Shown: positions 25,935 to 34,927 of the stretch, piece by piece
Position numbering within the stretch: position 1 is the first letter of the stretch
How the letters are laid out: every line of letters begins with the position of its first letter
Source: a virus
UHGV virus genome: UHGV-0385955
Reading direction: 5' to 3' (one strand)
DNA: 35,862 bases
The notes under the pieces: generated by a model
Seen by the model: only the letters and a program-made list of their open reading frames with translations
Told to the model about the DNA's origin: nothing
The model's database searches: none
Position numbers and translations under genes: made by a program

Positions 25935-26666
25935 CTAACTGAAACTTACTTCCGGCTCTTCCTCTGGACATATTTCTCCACCTGCTTCCATTTCGTTTAT
26001 GATGATTTTCGTTCCCGCTCTTTGTAATCTCAGCAACAGCATGTCAAATTCCCCAAGGTATCTCAACGACTTAATGTCTACACATCCCAAACTGTCAAGT
26101 GTATACTCTTTCTCAAAATCCCATTTCGATATCGGAATTTCCATATTCAACTCTTCATCGTGTTCGTTTTCGAAAATGATTACCGCCCTATGCAGGGAGC
26201 TCCAAGTAGATCTTTCACACTCTTCTATTAGCATCTCGCAACTGACCGATTCGTAGTGTGGTCCATCGTCAAACTCCACTTCCAGACCAGTTGTACTGAT
26301 CTTCTTTTCGCACATTGCAATCCATGCATCAAACAGATCCGTGACTTCCATTTCTTTTTCTTCCTGCTTGATTGATAATTCCTTAAAATTTTCTAGAATC
26401 TTTTTATTCTCAATGCAAGCATCGGAATTTACGATTTCTGTAAGCACCGTATCCAACTTTGGAAGGTATTCCGAAAAATCATACTTCTCTATGTACGGCA
26501 CCATGACATCGTTTATCTTTTTCTTCAGTGCCTTTTCCGCATCTCCCCATCTAAACGCTGATCCTATTGCCGATTCTATCGATTCCTTAAATTTCTTTTT
26601 GAGTATTTCCTTTACTTCTTCCTCATAGAGACACTCCTGTGCCATTTTTAATAATTCTTCTTTCAT
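25935..26666 (-). CDS. Hypothetical protein, 243 aa
   Basis: ORF. Acidic. No family assigned. Confidence 0.55.
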   Translation of the reverse strand: MKEELLKMAQECLYEEEVKEILKKKFKESIESAIGSAFRWGDAEKALKKKINDVMVPYIEKYDFSEYLPKLDTVLTEIVNSDACIENKKILENFKELSIKQEEKEMEVTDLFDAWIAMCEKKISTTGLEVEFDDGPHYESVSCEMLIEECERSTWSSLHRAVIIFENEHDEELNMEIPISKWDFEKEYTLDSLGCVDIKSLRYLGEFDMLLLRLQRAGTKIIINEMEAGGEICPEEEPEVSFS

Positions 26667-26677
26667 TTTGCTCCTCC

Positions 26678-27547
26678 TTAATTCGAATTCAACAGCTGCT
26701 CTTCCAGAGAGTCCATGTCGTATTCTCTGCGCTCAAAGTTGTTTAGATTTCTGCTTACTGGCGGTTTTGCTGGCATTTTTTCCGTCTGCTCTTGGTTAAG
26801 ATAAACATCGAAATTACTGCCGAACAGGGTTTTTGGTCTTAGATATATCCTCATATCCTTAATGCCGCGCTGTAATTCCTCTTTTGTCGGCTTTCTGCCC
26901 CACTCATGGTATTTTTTATCAATCACCGTCTTAAAGTCATCCAGAGTGTATCCTTCATTGAATCTGGCTTTTATTTCCTTCTGGTTACTCTTAACATCCC
27001 ACCTTAGTTTCTTGCCTGTCTTTTCATTCAGGTAAGTTATGATCTCTTTGTACGGGACATATATATTATTATCTTTTTCTTTATCTTCTTCTTTATCTAT
27101 ATCTGAAACAGCGACGTCAGACGTTCTTTCAGACGACTTGTCAGACGATTTTTCGATCAAAGCTCTTTGTTTGGCTCTTCTTTCCTCTTGGTACAGCCTG
27201 TCACGCTCTTTTTTCCGTTCATAAGCATCCAATGTCTGGTGCTTATTCCAGTTCGGGATCGTGATTATTCCCTCCACTATCTCAATCATTTTAAATTGCT
27301 CAAACGCATTCAAAGCCAACTTTACAGTGGATTCATTCATTCTAAAGATTGTTGCCAGCATCTTGTCTGTGTAGGGAATCTTGTCATTCATCAGGAATAC
27401 ACCACCGTTATTCTTTTTCCCGGCAAGACATAGCAACTTGAACCAGACTGTTATAATTGCATAAGCATCCGGTAAACTCTCTATCAGCAATATCTTTTCA
27501 TCATCAAAGATATCCGTTGCTATCTTGATCCACTTCACCTCTGCCAT
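26678..27547 (-). CDS. Phage replisome organizer (Phage_rep_org_N domain plus conserved C-terminus)
   Basis: The N-terminus MAEVKWIKIATDIFDDEKILLIESLPDAYAIITVWFKLLCLAGK matches the replisome organizer N-terminal domain. Confidence 0.8.
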   Translation of the reverse strand: MAEVKWIKIATDIFDDEKILLIESLPDAYAIITVWFKLLCLAGKKNNGGVFLMNDKIPYTDKMLATIFRMNESTVKLALNAFEQFKMIEIVEGIITIPNWNKHQTLDAYERKKERDRLYQEERRAKQRALIEKSSDKSSERTSDVAVSDIDKEEDKEKDNNIYVPYKEIITYLNEKTGKKLRWDVKSNQKEIKARFNEGYTLDDFKTVIDKKYHEWGRKPTKEELQRGIKDMRIYLRPKTLFGSNFDVYLNQEQTEKMPAKPPVSRNLNNFERREYDMDSLEEQLLNSN

Positions 27548-27957
27548 TACTCATCCTCCGCAATATAGACCACCACGCAAGGTGTATCCGAGTACACTTT
27601 TTCAATCTCCAGACTGGTTACCTGCTTATCATCCGTATATGCGACTCCATTCAGGCCATCCAGAATGATTTTTGCAATGTTGTCTAAGTCAGGCTTCTTA
27701 TTCGGCTTCATTTCTCCTTTTAAAGCCCTATCCTTATTCTTCTTAGACCAGCTCTCTGGAATCGGAAATTTCGCTAAAATTCGAACTCTCAGAGGGATGT
27801 CCGTGTAAAGCACGCCTATACTCTGCTTGTAAATCCTTGCAACTTCCTTTTCGTATTTTTTGCTTTCGTCTGGCGTATATGTAATGACTTTAAATCCGGC
27901 TCTGCGGAATCTCGGTCTTGCTTTTCCAACCGGTTTGCCCGGAATTGTAATTACCAT
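27547..27957 (-). CDS. RusA-family Holliday junction resolvase
   Basis: Motif GKPVGKARPRF. 136 aa. Confidence 0.8.
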   Translation of the reverse strand: MVITIPGKPVGKARPRFRRAGFKVITYTPDESKKYEKEVARIYKQSIGVLYTDIPLRVRILAKFPIPESWSKKNKDRALKGEMKPNKKPDLDNIAKIILDGLNGVAYTDDKQVTSLEIEKVYSDTPCVVVYIAEDE

Positions 27958-27972
27958 TTATTCTCCTTTCTG

Positions 27973-27991
27973 CTCCCGGAATTACCGGGAG
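27973..27991 (-). other. Perfect 7-bp stem hairpin (CTCCCGG aatta CCGGGAG) immediately upstream of the RusA RBS
   Basis: Direct inspection. No U-tract. Confidence 0.35.
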
Positions 27992-28070
27992 ACAATGAAT
28001 CTGGCTTACTTAAGGTATTTGTGACGTACTGTGCAGCAGCCATGAACGGGTTACAATTTATAGCGAAAGG

Positions 28071-28451
28071 TTACCCTTTGCTAACATAGTGAAATTCTTG
28101 TCGGAACTGCTCTTCTGTTCCGTAGTGCTGCAAATAATACTCTTTGCAGCGTTTTCTTAAGTATCGGTCAACTTTTGATGCATTCTCCCCTGCCCTTGTT
28201 CCGTTTGGATGCAGGTCTGGTCTCAATGGAGCGATAAAACCATAATCCTCCGAAAGTTCAATTTCTTTCGATGTGTGACTAAAAACATGATGCCTCTCCA
28301 CTCCGTAAACTCCGGTGTACATGCAGTGATCCATATCCTCTGTGAATATGCTCCACAGCTTCTTTGGTCTGCCGGACGTCCTCTGATGACCTTTTTTCTT
28401 TTTCTTGCGCTTCGGCTTAGGGAATGCCATGTTACTGTAATCAATGCTCAC
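28071..28451 (-). CDS. Hypothetical protein with a basic N-terminus and a C..ERHH motif. Possibly a nuclease-like protein.
   Basis: KPKRKKKKKGHQRTSGRPKK followed by CMYTGVYGVERHHVF. Lies between NinB and RusA. No family confirmed. Confidence 0.5.
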   Translation of the reverse strand: MSIDYSNMAFPKPKRKKKKKGHQRTSGRPKKLWSIFTEDMDHCMYTGVYGVERHHVFSHTSKEIELSEDYGFIAPLRPDLHPNGTRAGENASKVDRYLRKRCKEYYLQHYGTEEQFRQEFHYVSKG

Positions 28452-28990
28452 AGTTCAATCCCCCATTTTTGTCTAAGCTCTTCTTTTTCATCTGGGGTCA
28501 AAAGGTCTGCATCTGGTATTCCAACCTCTCTGCAATCTTCCAACACGCCTTTGATGAGTCTGCTCATTTCTTTTGTGTTATACTTGCTTGACCCTTTGTA
28601 GCATTGCAGAGTGTGTAATGTTTCAGCTCTCCCTTTTAGGTCTTTTACTTCCTGCGCTCCACGATCTATCACAATCCGGAACACTGACTGTGCCAGATAG
28701 ATGTCTTTTTCCCTGAGCGGTATGTACTCAAAAGCACCGTGGGATTTTAATTCATTTAGGTACGCTTGCCATCTGGTAATATCCAGCTTGTCTGCTAATT
28801 TATCCAGCAACACCCACAAATAAGAGTTTGCATCAAGGCTTCTTTTTGCTCTGTATGGCTTTATTTCAAGCGTTAATTTCTCATAATCTTTCAACTCATC
28901 ATAGGCTTGTCGGAAGTCCTCTTCGGATTCGAATAGGATGGTGTGGCAATCTATCAAACGGCCTTTTAATTTTCCTGTGAATTTCATCAA
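28448..28990 (-). CDS. NinB/Orf-family recombination mediator
   Basis: KRSLDANSYLWVLLDKLA parallels lambda Orf RSLDQNRKLWACLGDVS. Confidence 0.65.
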   Translation of the reverse strand: MMKFTGKLKGRLIDCHTILFESEEDFRQAYDELKDYEKLTLEIKPYRAKRSLDANSYLWVLLDKLADKLDITRWQAYLNELKSHGAFEYIPLREKDIYLAQSVFRIVIDRGAQEVKDLKGRAETLHTLQCYKGSSKYNTKEMSRLIKGVLEDCREVGIPDADLLTPDEKEELRQKWGIEL

Positions 28991-29607
28991 TCATCACCGT
29001 AAGTCCTTTTTATTGTGCTTAACATTGTTGCAGCTTCTGTCTCGGTAAGTGTCTGCTCAGTCCTATTGTTTTCTCTCAACCATCGTTCAAGATTGATGCC
29101 GTGAGATACGCATAGATTCTTGAGAGTCTTGATTTTCGCTTCAGACGCTCTGTTTTCCCCCGTTTCCGGTATTTGAGCATACATCTTGTTGTATTCCTCT
29201 TTAAGCCACAAATCGAACCCTAAGCCGGTATGTATTGCTACGCACTTCACAAACGCCCTGCACATGCTGTTCCAGACTCTTTGCTGACTCATAGAGTTGT
29301 CTTTTACAGGGTTTGCCCCATTCATCACAGGTGTTTGCATCTCATATACTTCATCGTCTATAACAACACGGATTCTGGTTTCATAACACCTGTTTTCGTT
29401 TCCGTTTTTGTCTTTAAACACTGCCTTTGTCATTCTTAAGCTACTTCCTGTTTCTGGATCTGGAATCGGTGTAAAATAAACATTTTCAGCGCCGTTTTTG
29501 TGCAATAAATCAATGCACATCGCCCAGTTTAAGTAATCCATGCCATCTCTTTTTTCAAGATATGGTTTCACATCTACTTTTCTCATTTCTCCATAGCTTT
29601 TAAGCAT
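28987..29607 (-). CDS. Single-strand annealing protein, Sak/Rad52-like. The track ORF extends to 29730. The internal start at 29607 is preferred (RBS GTGAGGAA).
   Basis: KVDVKPYLEKRDGMDYLNWAMCIDLL resembles the Sak/Rad52 annealing-domain signature. It lies next to NinB and RusA. Confidence 0.65.
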   Translation of the reverse strand: MLKSYGEMRKVDVKPYLEKRDGMDYLNWAMCIDLLHKNGAENVYFTPIPDPETGSSLRMTKAVFKDKNGNENRCYETRIRVVIDDEVYEMQTPVMNGANPVKDNSMSQQRVWNSMCRAFVKCVAIHTGLGFDLWLKEEYNKMYAQIPETGENRASEAKIKTLKNLCVSHGINLERWLRENNRTEQTLTETEAATMLSTIKRTYGDD

Positions 29608-29788
29608 TGCAAGATTCCTCACTTTCTTCATGTACCCAATTACCGGAGTAAAACCATTCCACCAGCATCTCTTTAAACTCTTCCCGTTCATCCGGTGTCC
29701 CGTGTAAGCATCTTTCCAGCGCATATTCAAACGCCCGATCTTCTGTTACTACCGTGTCTTTCTCCGGTCCGATACCTACATACATCAT
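29600..29788 (-). CDS. Hypothetical protein, 62 aa
   Basis: ORF only. Confidence 0.4.
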   Translation of the reverse strand: MMYVGIGPEKDTVVTEDRAFEYALERCLHGTPDEREEFKEMLVEWFYSGNWVHEESEESCNA

Positions 29789-30000
29789 TCGTCCTCCATG
29801 CCGATAATTGCTTTTACAACATTTGCATCTAAAAAATACTTATCGTCATCTGTGTTATATGTGGTAAACTCAGTGTTTCTTCTTGATTCATACTCCTTTT
29901 CAGCCATTGCGATATACCCGATCAATGCATCCGTCCTCCCATCTAATCTGCAAAGACGGGAATATTCCTGTTCGCTTACATAAATTTTATTGTTTTCCAT
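29785..30000 (-). CDS. Hypothetical protein, 71 aa
   Basis: ORF only. Confidence 0.45.
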   Translation of the reverse strand: MENNKIYVSEQEYSRLCRLDGRTDALIGYIAMAEKEYESRRNTEFTTYNTDDDKYFLDANVVKAIIGMEDE

Positions 30001-30087
30001 TGCTTATCCTCCTAAAATCTGTTACTATATTCTTGATTTTTTGTCAGAGTACCTACGGCTCCCCAGCCTTTTTGTAGGTGCTCATTT

Positions 30088-30273
30088 TTAATACCCAAAC
30101 ACCAGATACCACGCCAGCATCGCCAGTCCAAACCCGATCACGGATGCCGCGACCTTGTGCCAGTAAGGCTTGTCCTGCTCCGGCAGATCTACCGATACAG
30201 ACCGGATGTCCCAGCTATTTAAGGTGTTTGGATGCTGGGTGGTATCGCAACGGTATGTTCCTTTAATCTCCAT
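30088..30273 (-). CDS. Small protein, 61 aa, with a C-terminal transmembrane helix
   Basis: Hydrophobic VIGFGLAMLAWYLVFGY. Confidence 0.4.
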   Translation of the reverse strand: MEIKGTYRCDTTQHPNTLNSWDIRSVSVDLPEQDKPYWHKVAASVIGFGLAMLAWYLVFGY

Positions 30274-30597
30274 GCTTGTCCTCCCTTCTACCGCCTAGGC
30301 GGTTTTCTCTTCTGTCCTCTTTTCAAGTGTGTAATCAATTTTTACGTGTTCCTGTTCTTCGATAAGAGATATCAACACTTGTATGATTTTTTCCATATCT
30401 GGTTTCATGTCATCACCTATCTTCCTCATAGTTTCTTTCGGTCAGAGCTTTCCGGTTTAATTTTTCCGCAAACAGTTCAGCGTCCGGAAGATCCCTGATC
30501 TCCACCTCTTTACCGTTGATTACTACGATGTTTTTTATAGTCACTTGAACCACCTCTCTAATATGTATGACGGATGGATTGTCCGAGATATGTTGTC

Positions 30598-30756
30598 CTA
30601 TTCATTCTCCTTGTCCTCATTTTCTTCTTCCTTTTTCTGGCTTTTCTGCGATGCCATAGCCTCCGCAAAGCCTAGAAAATATCCTTTATTCATGTCGGAC
30701 ATATCCGGCAATGCCTGTGCTACTTTTCTGATAATTTCTTTCTCTTTTTCGCTCAT
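30598..30756 (-). CDS. Small hypothetical protein, 52 aa, not in the track
   Basis: Strong RBS AAGGAGGGTACAC before the ATG. MSEKEKEIIRKVAQALPDMSDMNKGYFLGFAEAMASQKSQKKEEENEDKENE. Confidence 0.4.
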   Translation of the reverse strand: MSEKEKEIIRKVAQALPDMSDMNKGYFLGFAEAMASQKSQKKEEENEDKENE

Positions 30757-30767
30757 GTGTACCCTCC

Positions 30768-31508
30768 TTATGCTGCATTTAAAAACTTGTTGATAAAATA
30801 CTGCTGACCTTTACCTGTTACTTTGGTTGTTTTGTTAATCCGAACAGAGCCATCTGGATTGACTGCTGTTGTCTCTTTCACTTCAAACAGCCCTAAATTC
30901 ATAGATTTCTGTGTGGGCGAGTTCCATTCAGTTCCTTTTCTCTTACTCAGATACCCATTTTCACGCAACCACTCAAATAAGCGCTTCTGCCCTGTTTCAA
31001 CGCCGTTCTGTTTCAAAATCTTTGCCAGATCGCCGATTAAGATGGAAGTATGACTGGTAGCAACAGCATCTGCAAATATCGCTTTCGGCTTCATTTCCTC
31101 AATCTGTGCTGTCTGCTCTTCAATGGTCTTCTGCGCTTCTAAGACCGCCAGTGCGAGGAGTTCTTTGCCCTGTGGCTGTTGCAAGTTGTACCTACCTGTC
31201 TTTCTGAGTACGGGAAGAACTTCCGCTGTTACCCAGTGTTTGAACTTTTTAGCATTCGGAAGTTTACTTGAAAGAATCAAACCGTAAAGTCCTGACTCAT
31301 TGATAAGAATTCCTTTTGTGCCATTCACGGTGAACGAATCGTTCAGCGTCCTGTCTTCTTCATCTACATGGTCACGAAGTGCTTTTTGTGGATTGCTATA
31401 TCCCAAAATTACTGCCACATCTTTCCCCACAAACCACGGTTCGTTGTCAATCGTTACTGTTCTGATTTTACCGAACTCTTCGTTATTGAAAATTTTTAAT
31501 TCGCTCAT
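30768..31508 (-). CDS. Phage antirepressor with Bro-N and KilA-C/ANT domains
   Basis: The N-terminus FNNEEFGKIRTVTIDNEPWFVGKDVAVILGY matches Bro-N. The C-terminal half is ANT/KilAC-like. Confidence 0.85.
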   Translation of the reverse strand: MSELKIFNNEEFGKIRTVTIDNEPWFVGKDVAVILGYSNPQKALRDHVDEEDRTLNDSFTVNGTKGILINESGLYGLILSSKLPNAKKFKHWVTAEVLPVLRKTGRYNLQQPQGKELLALAVLEAQKTIEEQTAQIEEMKPKAIFADAVATSHTSILIGDLAKILKQNGVETGQKRLFEWLRENGYLSKRKGTEWNSPTQKSMNLGLFEVKETTAVNPDGSVRINKTTKVTGKGQQYFINKFLNAA

Positions 31509-31520
31509 TTTTCCTCCAAT

Positions 31521-31910
31521 CTATGAAAAAATAAAATTCAACAGTTTGTCTATTCCGCTTTCTTGATTTGTTCGCCTGGTTTTTACAACTCTTTTTGCAT
31601 CGAATATTCTTTTCAATATCTGCTTTGATTCTTCGAAATCTATAGAGTACCATTCACCGTTTATGCGATTATCTTTATACATTCTTTTAAATTCGGCTTC
31701 TATCTCAAAAGGGTTCGAGCAATATCCAGTTACATAGCACTTGTCTATTACCTTTCCGCTCTGATTTTGAACTACTTTTAATCGCCTTTCAAACTCTTCC
31801 GTAACGCCAATTTTCACGGAATTATCAACGGATTTTAGCAAATATACAACTTTCGCTTTCTCCATCTCAGCCACTTCCCGGCTGTCTAATTTCTGTTGTA
31901 ACTCGTTCAA
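31521..31910 (-). CDS. T5orf172 (GIY-YIG-like) domain protein
   Basis: VVYLLKSVDNSVKIGVTEEFERRLKVV ... GEWYSIDFEE fits the T5orf172/MUG113 pattern. Confidence 0.6.
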   Translation of the reverse strand: MNELQQKLDSREVAEMEKAKVVYLLKSVDNSVKIGVTEEFERRLKVVQNQSGKVIDKCYVTGYCSNPFEIEAEFKRMYKDNRINGEWYSIDFEESKQILKRIFDAKRVVKTRRTNQESGIDKLLNFIFS

Positions 31911-32036
31911 TACCTTTTACCTCCTATTTTTATTGCCGTCGTAACCTCCGTGGCGGGATTGCTTTCTTTTCGTTTATCTCCTATACTGTAAATACAGGGC
32001 ACTGCCATGCCTGAGTATTACGAAAGGAGCGATTTT

Positions 32037-32264
32037 ATGAGACGTTGTAATTCGCCATTTAACGGCAATCGCTATGTGCTTAATAAAAACACTGGTGAAA
32101 TCCATGATTTAGACCGCGAAACCTCGTGCTGCCGCATAAATGATATAAAGTCCGAACATATCTTTAATTGCAGTTCCTATGAGGAAGCTGTTGTTTTTTC
32201 TTCCATGCTTGACATCAGAAGAAACGGATGCGCTCACTGCATGCCAGAGAAAAACAACGGATAA
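32037..32264 (+). CDS. Small Cys/His-rich protein, 75 aa, on the + strand inside the early region
   Basis: RBS GAAAGGAG precedes the ATG at 32037. Its 3' end overlaps the convergent minus-strand gene by 31 nt. Confidence 0.35.
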   Translation: MRRCNSPFNGNRYVLNKNTGEIHDLDRETSCCRINDIKSEHIFNCSSYEEAVVFSSMLDIRRNGCAHCMPEKNNG

Positions 32265-32665
32265 CCATTAAGAGCTGCTTCTTTTAAATGAGGTAGCTCT
32301 TTTTCAGGTATCTCCTCTTCAAGAAGTTCTGCAAATGCTTCAGGAGTTTTTTTGACTTCGATCAAGCCAAATACCATATTAGAAAACTCTTTCTCTCTAG
32401 TAATGGATTTCAATACATCGAATTTTTTTATCTTTCTATCCTTATTTTCTTCGTCAAGACCTATAAACTCATCGATATATTTTTCGATACGTTCAACCCC
32501 CTGAATTTCTTCGCGCAACTCTTCTGGTTGTTCAAGAATTTTTTTTGCAGTATTCCTGATTAAATTCTCCGTATTTTCCTTCTGAATTTTGATGTCATCT
32601 TCACACTTTTTGATGCGATACAGCAAGCAATCCCATGATCGTCTTGAAACCCACATCTTTCTCAC
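32234..32665 (-). CDS. Hypothetical protein, 143 aa, first gene of the minus-strand early operon
   Basis: ORF directly downstream of the minus-strand early promoter. No HTH recognised. Confidence 0.55.
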   Translation of the reverse strand: MRKMWVSRRSWDCLLYRIKKCEDDIKIQKENTENLIRNTAKKILEQPEELREEIQGVERIEKYIDEFIGLDEENKDRKIKKFDVLKSITREKEFSNMVFGLIEVKKTPEAFAELLEEEIPEKELPHLKEAALNGYPLFFSGMQ

Positions 32666-32735
32666 CTCGCTTTCTTTTTCCCCGTCATGCCGATAGGTCA
32701 GCGTTTTTTTGTTTTGGTTTGTGTTGTTGCTTTCT

Positions 32736-32749
32736 TGTTGATGAACAAA
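32736..32749. promoter_or_regulatory. Operator-like palindrome TTGTT-gatg-AACAA at the transcription start of the minus-strand early promoter
   Basis: Same half-sites as the second palindrome at 32808..32823. Confidence 0.5.
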
Positions 32750-32778
32750 TCATAACTCGTTTTATTTTGTTTGTCAAT
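32750..32778 (-). promoter_or_regulatory. Early lytic promoter, TTGACA-N17-TATGAT (minus strand)
   Basis: On the + strand TGTCAA lies at 32773..32778 and ATCATA at 32750..32755. Confidence 0.6.
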
Positions 32779-32807
32779 AAGATTTTTAAAAAAATTAAAT
32801 ATTTTTC

Positions 32808-32823
32808 TTGTTGACTAACAAGT
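32808..32823. promoter_or_regulatory. Operator-like palindrome CTTGTT-gact-AACAAG overlapping the -35 of the + strand promoter
   Basis: Perfect 6-bp inverted repeat with a 4-bp spacer. It shares the TTGTT / AACAA half-sites. Confidence 0.5.
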
Positions 32824-32840
32824 ATAATAATGATATACTG
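32812..32840 (+). promoter_or_regulatory. Repressor promoter, TTGACT-N17-TATACT with extended -10 TGaTATACT
   Basis: RBS AGGAGG lies 7 nt before the TTG start of the repressor. Confidence 0.55.
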
Positions 32841-32862
32841 ATTTCAGAAAGGAGGAAGCCTT

Positions 32863-33246
32863 TTGGAATTAAATATAGGAGAAAGAATTGAAATCTTAAG
32901 AAAAGACTTAAGTATGTCCAGGAGAGTTTTTGGAGAAAGGCTTGGCGTCAGTGAAAGCGTTATTGTTAATATAGAATACGATCGCTTGAAACGCCCAGAT
33001 CAAAAAGAATCCTTATATAAGTTGATTTGTAAAGAGTTCAATGTGAACGAAGAATGGTTAAGAACCGGAAACGGTGAAATGTTTATCCAATTAACAAGAG
33101 ACCAGTTGATTACAGACTTTGCTGCTGATCTTATAATGGAAAATGATACATTTAAAAAAAGATTAGTAGAAGCTCTTGCAAAGCTGGATGAAAGTGAATG
33201 GGATGTCCTAGAAAAGCTCGCAGAGAGCTTAATTAAAAAAGACTAG
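32863..33246 (+). CDS. CI-like prophage repressor. XRE-family HTH with a C-terminal domain. TTG start.
   Basis: HTH IGERIEILRKDLSMSRRVFGERLGVSESVIVNIE. Transcribed divergently from the lytic operon with operators between them. Confidence 0.7.
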   Translation: MELNIGERIEILRKDLSMSRRVFGERLGVSESVIVNIEYDRLKRPDQKESLYKLICKEFNVNEEWLRTGNGEMFIQLTRDQLITDFAADLIMENDTFKKRLVEALAKLDESEWDVLEKLAESLIKKD

Positions 33247-33550
33247 GGTTTCCCCTAGCCTAAAAGCTTTATGCAGAATCGGTACACAAGTTCCAACACC
33301 TCAATATTGTTGGACTTGTTGACCAATTCGATGATAAGTTTTTTGTAGTCCATTTCGCAATCCCCCTAACTGCAAAAACACATGTTCGAAATCCCTGAAC
33401 ATATAATACTATTTCAGTGGATAAAAATCAATATTTTGTTCGAACATTTGTTCTGTTATTTTTTGGTACTTATGTACCTCTCTATTAAGTTAACAATCTA
33501 AAATCGGGAAACTTACGCGAAAATGGACAATCGTCCCATATCTGGGACAC

Positions 33551-33748
33551 TTATTGATATGGAGAGTCGATAAGGTCAGAAATTCGGACTTTTAAGCCCT
33601 TGGCAAGCAATTCCAGCGTGTCGGCTGTCGGTGATATTTCACCGTTTGCAATACGGTTAATCGTTGATTTTGATATTCCGGTCGCAATGGATACTTGCCG
33701 GACTGATAGATTTTTCTTAAGCATGATCTTATCGAGTAGTATTTTCAT
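33551..33748 (-). CDS. Small XRE-family HTH regulator, about 65 aa. The track ORF is 33551..33859. Start MKILLDKIM at 33748.
   Basis: Canonical HTH_3 motif LSVRQVSIATGISKSTINRIANGE. Confidence 0.65.
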   Translation of the reverse strand: MKILLDKIMLKKNLSVRQVSIATGISKSTINRIANGEISPTADTLELLAKGLKVRISDLIDSPYQ

Positions 33749-33876
33749 AGTGGTTTTATTGTAGTATATTCCAGATCTGGAAACTACAGGTAAATAATGG
33801 TAATAATACGATATAACCGCTTCGGCGTTTATATAGAGTAAAGTGGTGTTAAGGTACATAAGAAAGTGAGGAAACT

Positions 33877-34341
33877 ATGAAAAAGAAAATTGTAGCAATG
33901 CTATTAGCGGGAATTATGGCATTATCAATTACAGCATGTGGTGGGGATGCCGAACCATCCAAAGACACCGAAACAAAGACAGAAGAAACAACAGACCAGA
34001 AAGAAGAGAAGAAAGAGCCTTTGAATTTAACTGGAACATGGAAATCAGAAGAAGTCGAAGGGTCATATCAAGAAGCTACGATTTCTGATGATGTAATAGA
34101 AATAAATTGGGTGTCTGATGGAGGAAATACAAAATCACTTTACTGGGCTGGCACTTACGTTGCGCCAACCGAGCCAACTAACGATTACGCATGGACATCG
34201 GAAAACGATAAAGAAAAAACAGGGATGGCGTTACTAGCATCAAGTGACGATACAAAAGAATTTACATACAAAGACGGTGTGATTAGTTATGAAGCGTCCG
34301 CTATGGGAACTACAAAAAAGGTCGAGTTAACCAAAAAATAA
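33877..34341 (+). CDS. Prophage lipoprotein (Ltp/Sie-like candidate)
   Basis: Signal peptide MKKKIVAMLLAGIMALSITAC with lipobox ITAC. RBS AAAGTGAGGAAACT. Lies between the repressor and the integrase. Confidence 0.8.
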   Translation: MKKKIVAMLLAGIMALSITACGGDAEPSKDTETKTEETTDQKEEKKEPLNLTGTWKSEEVEGSYQEATISDDVIEINWVSDGGNTKSLYWAGTYVAPTEPTNDYAWTSENDKEKTGMALLASSDDTKEFTYKDGVISYEASAMGTTKKVELTKK

Positions 34342-34371
34342 AGCATTGAATTAAGAAAGAAGGAACATACA

Positions 34372-34746
34372 TTGATTGATTTTCAGAACAAAAAAGTATT
34401 CAAATTAAGCAAAGGAAAAGAAAAGAACATTCCGAGAGAAGTTTTCAGCTTGCTTATAACTGATGAAGAAGTGGCCGGGTATTACTCTTCGATGAGAGAC
34501 TTCGTTGTTTTTACAAACAAAAGAATTATTGCATGCAACGTGCAAGGTATTACAGGATCTAAAAAAGATTATACATCGTTGCCATATTCAAAAATGCAAG
34601 CGTTTTCGGTTGAAACTTCTGGTACTTTCGATATGGACTCTGAACTCACTGTTTGTTTTAGTGGATTAGGAACAGTGAAATTTGATTTCACCTCGAACTC
34701 AGATGTGCAATCTATAAACAGACTTATAGCGTCACACGTTTTATAA
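34372..34746 (+). CDS. Bacterial PH-domain (bPH) protein, 124 aa. TTG start.
   Basis: VVFTNKRIIACNVQG ... LPYSKMQAFSVE resembles the bPH fold family. Confidence 0.55.
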   Translation: MIDFQNKKVFKLSKGKEKNIPREVFSLLITDEEVAGYYSSMRDFVVFTNKRIIACNVQGITGSKKDYTSLPYSKMQAFSVETSGTFDMDSELTVCFSGLGTVKFDFTSNSDVQSINRLIASHVL

Positions 34747-34927
34747 AATAAAAACCGCCCCAGTGCTACCAACACCGGGACGGCAATACATATCCGAAGA
34801 TATGCGATTGAAATCCAAGAATATTGTATCATCTTCGGAGCAGTCATGCAAGCGGAACATCAGTTCGCACGTTGGCTGTTATTTTTATACTCATTTTTAA
34901 ATACTATTTACAAGGGAGTGATGCAAA

